64,000 nt of DNA, taken from positions 58,964,001-59,028,000 of the forward strand of contig NW_024704743.1 of the NCBI RefSeq assembly GCF_018977255.1, in the 5' to 3' direction. The DNA is from Callorhinchus milii (Eukaryota). The notes under the pieces were generated by a model, which worked only from the letters and a program-made list of their open reading frames with translations, was not told the origin of the DNA and ran no database searches. Within the stretch, counting starts at the first letter, position 1; every line of letters starts with the position of its first letter. Positions 25,560 through 38,730 of the stretch are shown piece after piece. A program made the position numbers and the translations under genes.

Positions 25560-26210
25560 CTGGATAGGCTCAAAAGGCTTAAAATCAACAATCCCCTGGG
25601 ATGGATGTACTATATATACCCCAGGGTACTTGGAGAGACAAAGCAGAAGATTTGTGCAGCATTCAGACATCATGAGGGAGTCAATCAGAAATTTGCCTGC
25701 TGGAAGCAAGCAGATGTTGTTCCCATATTCAAGAAGGGCAACAAAACTAAACCTGGCAACTATAGACCCACCACAACATAAGGGGCTGCCAGGATCCTAG
25801 TAGCAATGCAGAAGAGACAAATGATGATCCCAATTGTTCAAGGAAGGAGCTATGAGCAACGAGTGGACAAGCTAGGGCTCCAATCTTGAGAAAAGACAAT
25901 TCAGAGGTGACCTCATAGAGATGCACAAAATTTTAAATTGTATTGAAAAAAAACAAATCAATAATTTAAAAATGCACGAAGACAACAGAACAAGAGGACA
26001 TGGGTTTAAGAATTCCAAAATGCAACCTTGGGACAATTACCAGGAAGTTTTTCTTTACTCAGAAGATGATTATTGACTGCAACAGGTTGCCAGGAATGTG
26101 TTTGAGGGCAGGACACTGGACTCATTTAAAAAGTAGCTCAATACTGTGATGGTTGGGTAGAAATTTTGGAGAAATTCAATCAGATAGGCCATCGGACCTT
26201 CCTTGTCCAA
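25560..26210 (+). mobile_element. CR1 LINE with a large internal deletion
   Basis: 25701-25770 encodes WKQADVVPIFKKGNKTKPGNYRP (pre-RT motif); from ~25800 the ORF2 C-terminus follows (RGDLIEMHKIL, FFTQKM) and then the 3' UTR. Confidence 0.85.
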
Positions 26211-27724
26211 ACCAATTTGTCATTTTGCGACCAGTACTTTCGAAGGTCAACATCTGTAGAATACAGCACTGTATAGTATTATCATGATTACAGATGATAT
26301 AAACATGAAAGCAAAAAACAGAAAAAAGTCCTGTATGTAAATCTGCACCTACTGCTTTTTAAACTCATCATAAAAAGTTGTCCAACTCATCGCAGTCTTA
26401 TCTGTCTGTGTAGTTAGCTCTGGACTAATTTGAAAAGGTCAGACACAGGCTACTCCTGGACTAGGAAGGTGAAGAATGTCAGCATATCCTTACAATGGAT
26501 TCGTCACAAAGGTGTAAAAGCACACGTCTGGTTACATGAAGGAGTTTTTCACAGGAGACCCATAAAACATTGTTTTGTGGAGACTTACCAGGTATCAGTT
26601 ACTTAAGTAAAACAAAGATAAAAGTTTATTCGTATCATTTATCAACTCTTCTCCACCAATGTAGCTACGACTGGGCTCAGAGGTTTGAAGTGCTGCAGTG
26701 GCAGAAAATCACATGGGAGCTGCTCAGAACACTGAGGTTCATTCCTTCCTGCAATTTCAGCATGGAGCCATCTGCTGCTGTAAAATAAAATGTAACCACA
26801 CATGGTACTCCCCGAGGACAATCCTTTTGCACATTTCACCTTGGGGGGGTACGGCAGTGTATCACTGGAACTTCAGTTCCACACCACCTGAGCGCCGAAG
26901 TCAGAGTGGAGTCTCCGGATCCTCTAGTGCAAGAATAAATGTAGGAAGAACAAGATGACTGCGGGAAGCAGGATACATTGATCAATCGCCTAAGATTGTA
27001 TTTCATTAATCAACTAAACTTGTGAGAACAACTTGCACTTATCTAGCAACTTTCTTGTAAGATGAACGCTAGAAGCACTTAAACAGAACAAAATAGGGTC
27101 ATTAACTTTAACACTGTGCTGCAAGATTGCTAAATATTGATCTTGCTCGTAATTGCTCCCGTCAGGGCACTTGTTTTGGTTACTGAAGGTTAAGATCCTT
27201 TTTCAAGTTGTTTCTTCTCCCTTTGGTGTCTGTCAGCACAGCCAAGAGCTGAAGTGAGACTTCTACCAAGTAAGGATCTGGAGCGAGCTGAACAAATGTG
27301 CTGAAGTGAGAGTCGAAGCAACCATCCCTCTTCCTTCAATATTCCCTCCCTTCCTGCAAGGAAATATCTGACCTCGGTCAGTCACACAATCAAAGTTAGT
27401 AGATCAGTTACTGTTAAATGTTGGATGAGCTTGTATCTCCACCGTTACTCAACACCACCCACCAGCAAGGTCACAACTAATATCAGATCAGTGCTGAAAC
27501 CCACAATATGTGGGTACCTCTTAACACATATCAACTGGAATAGTTTGGATATGCATCTTTAATGAAGAGCAAAGCTTGAATTAAATATGTATATAAAATC
27601 ACATCAGATGACTTTATTCCTACCTTTTGTTACTATTCTAATACTATTTGACAAAACGCCATTGCCAAAAAAAAACTCTAATGTTGGTTTGTGCATGAAC
27701 AAACACGTTGAAGTCAGATATTTA

Positions 27725-28010
27725 CATGATCACATATCGGATCGATTTCAAGATCCTCGCACTTGTCTACAAATCTCTTCATACCCTAGCACCTCCCTAC
27801 CTCTCTGACCTGCTTACTCCCCACTCCACCACCCACTGCCTCCAAGTCTCTTGCTCGTCCCTCATCCCCTTATGCTCCACCATCAGCGACCGTGCTTTCA
27901 GCCACTATGGCCTGAAACTTTTGAACTCTCTCCCTTAATCCCTCCACCTTGCCCCTTCTTCCGCCTGAAGACCTTCCTCTTCGACCGTGCTTACGGTGCC
28001 CCTCCCTCCA
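27725..28010 (+). mobile_element. L2 LINE fragment
   Basis: RIDFKILALVYKSLHTLAPPYLSDLL...ISDRAFSHYGLKLLNSLP. Confidence 0.9.
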
Positions 28011-28125
28011 GTTCGTTATTTGGCACCTAAGATATGACATTTTAGTTTTGGTATTAAATTCAGTTTAAATTTTCAAAGCCGATATTCTAGTGTCTAAGAA
28101 ATGAGGGAACCCAACTTCCAAACTT

Positions 28126-28417
28126 GATTTGCACACAGCAATATCCCACAAACAGCCATGAAGTGAATGATCAATTTTAAGTGGCTGATTGCTGGCCAAG
28201 ACACCAGGAGAAAGTTCCTTCTTTAATCTTTAATGTCCAGCTGAAGAGACAGACAGGACCTCAGTTTAACATCTCATTTGAAGGATGGAAACTGTGACAG
28301 ACTCCCTCATCATTGCAACGGAGTGTCAACCTAGACTATGAGCACAAAGGACCAATGTGGGCTTGAACCCACAGGTTTCTGACTCAGAAGCAAGTTTGCT
28401 AACAAGTGATCCAAACT
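28126..28417 (-). mobile_element. Deu/SacSINE1-like SINE
   Basis: atttgcacacagcaatatcccacaaacagccatg...cagtttaacatctcatttgaaggatgg...cttgaacccaca...tctgactcagaagcaag. Confidence 0.85.
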
Positions 28418-31400
28418 GACAGCAAAATACATTTTGTTGCACTGAATGAACAAATATAGAAATGTTCTGAAAACAGTTCAGCAAATGCACTGAACTTTTG
28501 CACCAACATTGCAACTTCTTCATATTACAAAAGCGGTATGAAGAATCTACAAATTCTATTTAGAAACGTTTTGTAACTACAGACTGCTTTAGCATTCGAC
28601 ACAACATGTTTAGCATCACCAAAAGCCACTGCTTAAGAAATGTTTTGCAAAATTAAAACCAAAAGCAAATCTTTCAGGTCAGTTGCAATCATTGCTAGCT
28701 GTAGCTGGGTTTTGCTTAGTTGCATTTCATAGTAATTAGATTTCACCCTCCGTTTCCCTGTTACAAATAGGTGAATGCAACGTTTCAAAACAAAGTCAAA
28801 AATCGAAGACATTTGGCCTTTTTTTGTTACAGCAAAAATAAGTTTAGAAGAGCAAAAATGACAAACTTCACCAGTAACCTAGTTTAGGTTGAGAACAGTT
28901 TTCCCAGGGACCTGGATTTGATGCCGGATCCTAAGGAGCCAGATTGCAAGCATTCTCAATGACTTCGGGCTAAGTGGCATTTCTAGGCTATCTTAGGTCT
29001 ATTTTGTACAGCTCTTTGGCGCTCAAAAGCTGAATAAATTGGGTGTGAAACATGAAAGCACAAAGCAATTTATACTGCAGTCTGACTGCCAAGACCACCT
29101 TGAAGAGCGAGTTTCACCAAGACGTAAATCTACACCACCACAGCATAAATCCAGGTATTGCAAACCTATTTGGCCTTAGAAAATTGCCCCTTAAAAATTC
29201 TTGGGCGAATTCCATGGATCATTGAAGAACTTTTTAAAAGTAGTATTTTAAATATCATTAAAGCGCCCAAACTCACATTAAATACTAACCAGGGTCTGCT
29301 GCCAGCTGGCAGATCTTTCCATGTGCTTTGTTACAGTTAGCAGAGCTCCCCTCAGGCCTGCAGGTGTAACTGGTAGCACAGACTAAATCAAAATCCTATT
29401 CTCAATTGAACGAGCACTGGAAGTTGGGTTACATCACTTCCAATAGTATAATGCAGGCCGCCCGCACAGCACTGGATCATAAAGGTCAGAAAGTGACAGG
29501 TACAAAATCTGACCCAAAATAATGCGTCCCCATTTGTCACACATTTATATGCTCTGTTAGTTGAACTCTGCTGAGTCAGAAGTTAGGAAGCCACCAGTGA
29601 ATGCAATCCTTCTGGGTCTCGGGAAGTGGGAATCCAACTCTTATAAAACCACATTTGGTATTGCTCCTTTCATGTTAGGACATGCCAAAGCTGCCAATTT
29701 GTCACAATAACCAATTTTATTTGGGGGATTGTTGGCATGCCATCAAATGCCATCAATTAACGAAGGCAAAACCATAAATATATGCCACTTGGGTGAGATA
29801 CTGGAGGGTGGATGGCAACCATAGAACTGATCTCCAGTAGAAGGGCAGAAAAAATTCAAAACGCTTTCAGGAGAGAAGGAGGAGCAGGAAAAACAAAGTG
29901 TAGCTTCTTGATCACTCTCCTTTGTGTTCCTACTAAGCATCAACTAAAACTCAATTTATTGTAAACAAAGTCAACCATTTTCTTTCAGTTCACTATTTTG
30001 CAATGTATTGATGACCGATTTCAAGCCATATTAAGCTCAGCACCAACTCAAATGCAAGTGTTTTCTATACAGTTCTGTTTGGATTCAAATTTGAATTTAC
30101 AAATAAATGAAGCTTGTTTAAATCAGATTAGCAACGATTCCCCCTATATAAAATATCAGGTGATTCACATTCAACAACCTTATACTCACTAAACATCTCT
30201 TCAGTGTTCCTTTACAGAACTGTAGGCAAAAAACACAATTGAGTCATCCCCGTATAAATAAAATCTGGAATGAGTACAGACTTTTGACAGGTCATTAATA
30301 TAACCAAACCACTAAAGAACCTGGTGCACAGAGCTCAGAGGAACAGAAGTGTCAATTGTGCCAGACAATGATCAATGAAAGCAACTCTTTGAAGCCTGCC
30401 CACAAGATGTGATTTAGCCCATTACACTGAACTATTTGATAAAATTTTTGTAATTTATAAAAATGTACGACAAGGTTGACAATGTCGAAAGGCTTTTTGT
30501 GAGATCAAGAAAAATATTGTTGTCTATCTTTAAATCAATACTGGCTTGTCTGGCACACTGAAGTAAGGCTGTTGGAATTGAATATCACAGATGGTAATCA
30601 GACTGCCAAATGTTATTGAGAATATTGATAGTCCATCTGAAACAATTGCTTCATGCATTAGAACCTATAAGGAGTGATAATTGCAAGATTTGCTGCAGTC
30701 ATTTCTCCTGGTTAGGAGGGAAATGTGACTCGAGAGATTAATTTGCAATGAAGAAAGACACGATGGATTGGAGATGGTCGGATGAACAGTATCCCGACAC
30801 CAATGCGGTCAAGGACAGTTGTCTTATTTATGGAAGTACACAGCAAAATTGCTCCCATTCATGAGTTTTTGATATGCAAAATATCATCATCTTTTCAGCT
30901 CTCCAAGCTATTCAAAAAATTTGAGCCTCTAAACCCTTGTGTTCAAGGACAATTTGTGCTCAACACCTCCCCAAGCTTGGACAGACGATGCAGCATAATA
31001 AACCTGTAGATTAACGGGGCTCTCCTACAAACCACACAAGGAACACCAGCATCAATCTGACAGAGAGCCCTGTAATCCATACGTTCTTCAACGTCCCTAC
31101 TAATCACTTAAGCACAGTTCTATCGGAGTTACAGCTCAATTACCAGATCATATTTCTAATTCCTCCATCGAGGAAAGGGACAAAAAGCTGATGGCTTGAA
31201 TGCTCAATACTTAAATCCAGGATTGGAATCTGCACAGATAATTTCCTTGTGTGTCACACGACAATGAATCAAGACGCTACCCTTTTCTGTTTTTTCGAAC
31301 AAAACTGCACTGGACGTAAGATTTGCATAACTGTTTTCCTCCTGCAGTGAGCAGTGAGCGAGAGAGAGAGTTACCTTTCTGTCAAGTTAAAACTTTCTTG

Positions 31401-31668
31401 CTTACTTTGTTTCTTCTTCAAACTGCCAATAGAAGTCATTCCTACTCAGATAGTAATCCCAATCTAGTTTAATTACTCCTTTCTAAGCCATTTTGTTACA
31501 TGAAGTACCATATTTTAATTTGTGCTTAATAATTTTAGGTTCACCTTCAAATGTGCGATCCATTTAGCTGAAAACAGCTACCTTACAATTATCAACAACA
31601 ATAACTTGCATTCATGTACTGCCCTTCATGCAGAATAAGTAGCATCTCGGAGAAATCACATCCATTGT

Positions 31669-31956
31669 GGAGTCCTGTAGCTTAGTGGTTAGAGCACTCG
31701 CCTTGCAAGCGAGACACCTGGGTTTAATTCCAGGCAGAGGGTGAAACCTTGAGCAAGTTTCCTTACTCCACACGCCTAATAATAATCCTTCCAAAAAAAA
31801 ATAATAAATTAGTCATTTTCAATCCACGACTGTTTGTGGGACACTGCTGTGTGCAATTGGCTGCCACAAATATACAGTTAATTCACTTTACAGCATATTC
31901 TGTGAACGTCGAGAACAGGTGAAAAGCGCTATATCAAATGCAAGGATTATTACTAT
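31669..31956 (+). mobile_element. Young composite SINE, central-deletion variant
   Basis: GGAGTCCTGTAGCTTAGTGG head, CTCGCCTTGCAAGCGAG, tail gcgctatatcaaatgcaaggattatta; lacks the ~60-nt central block. Confidence 0.9.
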
Positions 31957-32439
31957 CCCATTGGCAAATTCACAGTGGTGTGATGACTTAATGCAAGCAA
32001 AAACACCACAACTTGTTGAAAAAAGGGACAATTACATTGACAAGAAAACTAGTCATAAAATCAGGCATGTTTCAACAATAACTGCACAAAGAGGATGAAA
32101 TTCTAATTTACAGATAGTCACTGGTAATTCAGTTGCCTAGATATCAATTGTCTGTCTAAACAGTCACATGATCGGATGTGAGCAAAAATAGACCTGCTAA
32201 TTTTCTATGATTGTTAAATGATAAAAACACATTTAAGGTAATTTTACTATTGTAAAGATGGGAATCATCATGGAGAGATTCTTGCAAGTTATTTAAAAGC
32301 AAATTTTCAACCAAAATATGAATATTGCAAATTTAGTACTCAACACATCCCTTTATAGCCTGCGGCTGGCTTATGAACGTGATGGGGGCTGAGACCAGTT
32401 GAAGGAGTTGTCCTTCACAATGACATGTTAAACTAAGAT

Positions 32440-32640
32440 TTCCTCTGCCTATTCTGGCAGACGTCAAAATGTCATTATTTTATAGAAAACGCCAGCAGTT
32501 CTCTGTATCTTGGCCAATGCTACTCCCTCATCCAAAAATAGTGATTCAATTGAATCATTCACCTCACTGATGTTTGTGGGACATTAGTGCAGATCAGCTG
32601 TTTGCCTAAGTAAAGTAGTCAATACACTTCAAAATAATCA
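32440..32640 (+). mobile_element. Old Deu/SacSINE1-like SINE fragment
   Basis: cttggccaat...tcattcacctcactgatgtttgtgggaca...tacacttcaaaata. Confidence 0.6.
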
Positions 32641-32787
32641 TTATTTCTTTAATATAAATTACTTAATGACCGAGGAGTTTAGCGAGCCATTTCTTATGGT
32701 GTAGCCAGGTCCACCGTACTTCTGGTTTTCAGCGGGGATCCAACATAGAGCTGCTCTATAAATGAGGCAACATTATATCAAAGGGCA

Positions 32788-32833
32788 ACAACACAATACA
32801 AAATTAAAATTTTGTAATTTTGTATTGTGTTGT
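32788..32833. repeat. Perfect 19-bp inverted repeat (8-nt loop) associated with a 15-bp direct repeat
   Basis: acaacacaatacaaaatta-aaattttg-taattttgtattgtgttgt; caaagggcaacaaca occurs at 32779-32793 and 32838-32852. Confidence 0.9.
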
Positions 32834-32844
32834 ATTGCAAAGGG

Positions 32845-32960
32845 CAACAACAACTTGCATTTATATAGTGTCCTTCACCCATTTCAGAGAGCTTAACAAG
32901 GGTGAAGCTTAACGCTGAACTGGGGAGAGAAAAGTGACCTTAGGCACAATCAAAGAGTTT
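32845..32960 (-). mobile_element. Short L2 3' end
   Basis: caacaacaacttgcatttatatagtg...gctgaactgggg...gtgacc...ggcacaatcaaagag. Confidence 0.65.
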
Positions 32961-32994
32961 TTAGGTAATAATATATATATATATACACACACAC

Positions 32995-33104
32995 AATAAT
33001 CCTTGCATTTGATATAGCACCTTATGATGGCTTCGAGACATCTCAAAGTGCTGCACAGAATATACTATAAAATGAATTGACTGTATATTTGATGGGCGAA
33101 ACGC
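32995..33104 (-). mobile_element. Young composite SINE 3' fragment
   Basis: aataatccttgcatttgatatagcacctta...cttcgagacatctcaaag, close to 4460-4570. Confidence 0.85.
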
Positions 33105-33447
33105 CCAGAATAATTGCTGATTTATTTTCCCTGCAGAACACGTTGAAGAGATTTGGGAAATTTTACCACATACCATCCCACCCTGAACCTATTTACCACA
33201 AAGTTCAAGTGTACTGGCATGGACATGCACGGGTATGTTTTGTTCTCGTCAATTAATAGTGCTGTTTAGAAACACCAGTAACTAGCAGTACAGTAGCCCT
33301 GACCAAACAATACTGATGCCCTTTCAAATTCTGCAGTTTTGTGCCAATATCCCGGTGCCTTGACATTACTTAAGCTTGAGATATCCAAAGCAAACAGTGA
33401 ACTTTGCCAAGAAAGAATGAACACAACTAGCTACGTCTTCACATCCT

Positions 33448-33745
33448 GGCTGAGTTGGTAGCACTCTGAGTGAGAAGGCAATGGGTTAAAGCTCCACCCT
33501 GTGACTTGGAACTCATGTAATGTTGGTTGACACTTCAATGCAAAGTTGGGATTGTGCTTTGTTGTTGGAGATGTCAAACTTCAGATGGGACATTAAATCA
33601 AAGCCTCATCTACCTGTTCGGGTGGACATTAAAGATCCCACGACACTATTTGAAAGGAATGTTCAGGCAAACAATCCCCTAAATAAAATTGGTCATTCAC
33701 TTCATGGCTAGTTGTGGGACATTGCTGTGCACAAATCGGCTACCA
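33448..33745 (+). mobile_element. Deu/SacSINE1-like SINE
   Basis: ggctgagttggtagcactc head...gtggacattaaagatccc...gtgggacattgctgtgcacaaatcggct. Confidence 0.82.
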
Positions 33746-34679
33746 CGCTCTATTATATATCCTGTTAAGTGCTGTCTGATGTCCTACCATTGTGAAACAC
33801 ACTATATCATATGAAAGGATTATTATTGTCATTCTGTGCGATGAATGCCCTTGTGCTTCAGTGTTCAATAATACCAATTTGACGTTAGTGTAGTCCAATT
33901 CCTGAACCAAACCTTCAGTCATTCAGGGTGAAAAGCATCTGTGGTAAGTTTAAATAGAAAACAGAACAATTTTGCAGAAATTCAATGAAACCTCATCAAA
34001 AAGAATTGAAATAGCTGTAGTCTCGCCAATCCTGAGACAGTGAATGGCGTGAAAGTTCGCACTCCTTTAGTTTATACACAGAAAGACAGCAGGACTGTTA
34101 GGGAAAGTGCTGAGGTTTAATTATCTTTGTATACATATTATTAGTGGCTTGTTACAAAGTGGCATCTGCAGAGGCCTGGGAGTTGGTTGCTGCCCCTGAA
34201 GCACACTTGCTTATCCATCGCTTCAAATAGGGAATGGTGTGCGGCACAAAAATGAGAGAAAAGGAATGGAGCAAGATTCAAAATACACAAACCAGATAAC
34301 TTTGCATAGTAACACATTTAGTGCCTAAATGTCAAGAGCTATATCTGTCAAATATCTTAGTGAAATAAAGAAAATAATTACATTAGAAATGAGCCTTCAA
34401 AGTTTCAGATTCAGCCATTCACAAAATCAAAGACTGATTCTAATACCTCACAGTCTAAATGTCTCTTGATGTATAATAATAATGCTAATTGCACACAGAA
34501 ATACTTCTTGACATGCTTTGTACCATGTGGGAATAAGGTCAACAACCATTTTTTAACTTTTTATATATATATGTGTGTGTATAAATAATATACATTATAT
34601 ATTCACACACAATTTTCTCTTCCTTGAAGGCACTGCCTCATTCTTGCATACAGTTGCATGGACAACCTCGTAAAACCTT

Positions 34680-35000
34680 ACCAATGCAGCCATTCACCAT
34701 TTGTGGGCTCAGACAAGGAGTCTCAACACTATTCAACTATGGGGCCATCACAGAATTGAGCCCAATGCTGTTCCTCACCTGATGTTCACACAAGTACACT
34801 TTCCACAAGGGATTTAGTGGTTAGGAATCAAAGACAGGAGGAACTCTGTCTGATTCAACTCCACTCCAAACTGAGGTAGTGCGAGCAATTCTATTAGCTC
34901 CAAGGTCATCCTGAGTGAGATCAACGACTCAATCAGCACAGACTGGGCATCAGACCAAAGATGTAGCTCTGTTTACTCTAGAAAGTAGTCTTACCAAATG
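34680..35000 (-). mobile_element. Ancient tRNA-derived SINE (AmnSINE2-like)
   Basis: Reverse strand ccagtctgtgctgattgagtcgttgatctca...ggaaagtgtacttgtgtgaacatcaggtgaggaacagcattgggctc...gaatggctgc; related copies at 39.2, 46.6 and 47.5 kb. Family name from memory. Confidence 0.55.
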
Positions 35001-36154
35001 AATAATTGGGAAATACTTGACAATATATTTTGGCCCAGATTTCAGCTAAGACTGAGTAAAACCCACATCCGTTGCTTTAAGAATGGAATAAGTAAGGCCT
35101 TTCCTCAATTATCTTTCAAATAAAACATGCTCTATTGGACACTATCCAATAATCTCCTGAGGAAAATGGAAATCTTCCAAGATGACAATGTTCCCAAATT
35201 CCTTTTTAACCTCAAAAACACACAAAGCAGGTCATTTCTCATAGTAACACACAAACAGTGCCTAAATGTCAAGAGCTATATCTGTCAAATATCTTGGTGA
35301 ACCAGAGAAAAGAAATACATTAGAAATGGACTTTCAACAGTTCTGGATTCTGGTTGAGAAACAGCATTGGGCTCAATTCTGTGATGGCCCCCAAAATGCT
35401 TCGTCCACAAGTAAACAAAGATGCCATGATGGTACAGATTTAAAAACAGTATTATGGCAAATCATCTAACACAGTAGTGTTTGAAACAACAAGGAAGAAT
35501 AAAGGAAGAATGATTATTCAGTAGTGTTGGGCATCCAAGCTCCAAAACAATTTTTGCACGGATGTGAAGAATAATCACTTCAACCAAATTATACAGCAAG
35601 CACTTTAAAATGGCAAGTTACCTCAATTGATCACTGTTCAAAGATGGGGCTGCTACTCTAACTTCCACTTAACTACATCCATACAGTGAGGGAGCAGGTG
35701 CTAAGAAGGCAGTGTGCAGACCTCACTAAACAGGGCAACTAACGCCAACATCCGCTGATTAAATGATTGTGACCTAAGTTGCTATTCAGAGAGCAAATGG
35801 TGACACAACTCGACAGTCAATTTATGAAGCCACGACAAATAATCGCAAATTAGGTTGACAACAAAGCAAACCAAAAACAAAACCTCACACATAATTACAG
35901 CAATCATCTCTTTTAGCAGCCACACAATCTCCAAGACACAAACAGTTAGTTAAAACAGGCAGTGCTGTGTGCTACACTGAAAGAAGGTGGGCATACACAC
36001 TGCAGCATAATAAATGGAGAAATACTAGACCCTGGGATAGGGTGAAGCACATGTAGACAGTTTGTTGTTTTGCCTTTTGTAGTCTTTCTTCTAGATTTCC
36101 TCTCCAATCCAATCTTATTAATTGCAAATTCTAGGCTGACAATCCATCAAAGAG

Positions 36155-36285
36155 CATAGACGCACTAAATTGTTGGGAGCTGCCATCCTATGGATCAGGC
36201 AATAAACCAAGGTTTCATCTTTATAGTCAGATGGCGTTAAAGATCCCGTGGCATTATTTTAAAAGAAGAAGGGAGTTTCTCCCTG
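36155..36285 (+). mobile_element. Deu/SacSINE1-like SINE fragment
   Basis: gttaaagatcccgtggcattatttt...gaagggagtttctccc. Confidence 0.65.
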
Positions 36286-36317
36286 TAAATTATGTAAATT
36301 ATTATATTCTTGAATAT

Positions 36318-36510
36318 ACAACAACAACTTGCGCTTATATAGCGCCCTCAACTTAGGTGCCAGTTGAGTGGAGGCGCCAGGTGGTGGATTGGGGAGTGAG
36401 GAGGTCAGAGAGGTAGGGATGTGCCAGGGAGTGAATGGATTTGAACACGAGTGTGAGGATCTTGAAGTCGATCCATTCAGTGATGGGGAGTCAGGGGAGC
36501 CTGGCTAGAA
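36318..36510 (-). mobile_element. L2 3' end with internal deletion
   Basis: (CAA)n cttgc...tatatagcgcc joined to gaggtcagagaggtagg...aggatcttgaagtcgatcc. Confidence 0.75.
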
Positions 36511-37679
36511 TACATTGAAGTCCAACCTCTGTACGCTTGCTCTTCTCTACCATACCTAGTAAAACATGGTTAAACCCTATTCAAAACACAACACAAAAAT
36601 GAAGGCAATAGACAATAGCAACAAACTGCATTTATATTGCGCCTTTCACTTTGGGGGGGACTACCCAAGATGCTGAAACACGTGGAGTAAACTATCATAG
36701 GTAATGAAAAAAGTAAACTTGTATTTTTATAGCGCCCTTCACACGTGTTACATACTAGTGACACCTAATAGAAGAACATCACAGAAAAAAATACATTGCA
36801 TTGTGGATGGAGGTTTTTTGATTGGGATGACGGGAATAATCAACGATCTGTGAGTACATAACAAGCCACTAACACACTTGCGATGCTGGAATGACATTGT
36901 ATCACAACAGCAAGGATTGAGGGGATTAGACACAGGCAGACATCTGAATCCCAAATAGATTATCATCTCAAATACTCTTCTGAATATATTAATTTGGTGA
37001 TTATTTAATTTTCTGAATCTCAACATTGGGAATGTTACCAGTCAAATCTTGCATTAACTCCACTAATAATCCTAATTAAAGCTGCAATGTTTGTTTTGTG
37101 TAGGTTTGCTTTCTCCTACCACTACAGACCACCAAGAGGTAAATAGCTCATGATTTAATCCTCTGATTTAATCACTCTGGCATCAGAAACTTGTCATGGG
37201 GGTGAAAAAAGGTAAGTAAACCCATGTCCTATTAAGTACCATAATTAAACTCTGAAGTGCTGTACCTCCAGGACTCTTGTGTCACTGGCACTTTGAAAAA
37301 CATGTACAAACCCTGGACACTAAAATCTTTCACCACGTATCATAACAAGGGTGGTTTATTACAGCAGTCAGTTAGTTTTACTGAACCACTCATCAAGATT
37401 ATCTATTTACACACAAATGTGTAAACAGTTAAACATCACAGGAAACTAAGTATGAAATAACCCACAGCTTGCAGAGCATTTGGCTTAGTTTCATAGCATC
37501 CGTTTCTAGAAAATTACTAATAGCATGGTTAAAGCAATCCGGTCAGGAAGTTGATCCAATGTCTATATTTTTATATAACATTATAAGGTAAAAGACACAA
37601 GATCCAAGTCCTAAAAAGATCTAAGAAAAAGTACAGGGAGAGTACTGGAATGCCGATCTGGAGATTCACAACCTGGTTA

Positions 37680-37997
<318 letters not shown>

Positions 37998-38574
37998 TTA
38001 TAGGAAACAATTACAACCGGGTTCTGTTTACTTAACCTGTATGGAAAACATATACTATTCTGATGAAACAGTTAACATTTTTTCCCTCTAACACATTCTG
38101 TGTTTCCCCAGTACTTTTTTAAAAATCTACAATGCACATTACTGTCTCCCATTCACCACAATTATTCTCTCCTGAAGCCTTTGACTGATTTACACTTCAG
38201 TATTTCGCTTTCCTCTACAAAAATCAAAAAAGGCATTCCTTTGGATGAATTGAAATCTGACACTGAATTGAAATCATTGTTCTTTTATGAAGCAAGCAAA
38301 ACAGAATCAGAAATTACAGCACAGAAGAAAGTCATTCTGCTCTCCAAAGCCTGCTGGTGTTAACTTCTCCCACTGGGGGTAATACTGTAATTCTAATTTC
38401 ATGCACTTTCCCCATACCCTTCCATATTATTTTCTCTTCAAATACACACTAATACGTACTTTCCTTTTAAATGTGGTTATGGTCTTAAAACATGGAATGC
38501 TTTCCCACAAGTATATATTGAGACTAACAATTTTGTGTGGAAAATACAACTTCCCTGCAACTCTTCAATGAGAA

Positions 38575-38690
38575 CTACATTACAGAAACAGGCCATTCAA
38601 CTGACTAGTCCATGCTGGTGCTCAAGAATCCACAGGAGCATCTGCCTATTTTAATACCCTCTCCCATACCCCTCAATCCCCCTCTCCCTC
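38575..38690 (-). mobile_element. CR1 3' tail remnant
   Basis: cagaaacaggccattcaac...agtccatgctgg...cccatacccctcaatcccc. Confidence 0.6.
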
Positions 38691-38730
38691 ATGTATGCAG
38701 TGAATCTTGAGCTGATACCCCCTCTCATCA

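Noticed and set aside
31374..31440. Minus-strand ATG-initiated mini exon ending at an AAG|GTAAC donor, near an ATTTGCAT octamer
   Set aside because: It would end in phase 2 and not join the phase-0 downstream exon; no other support.
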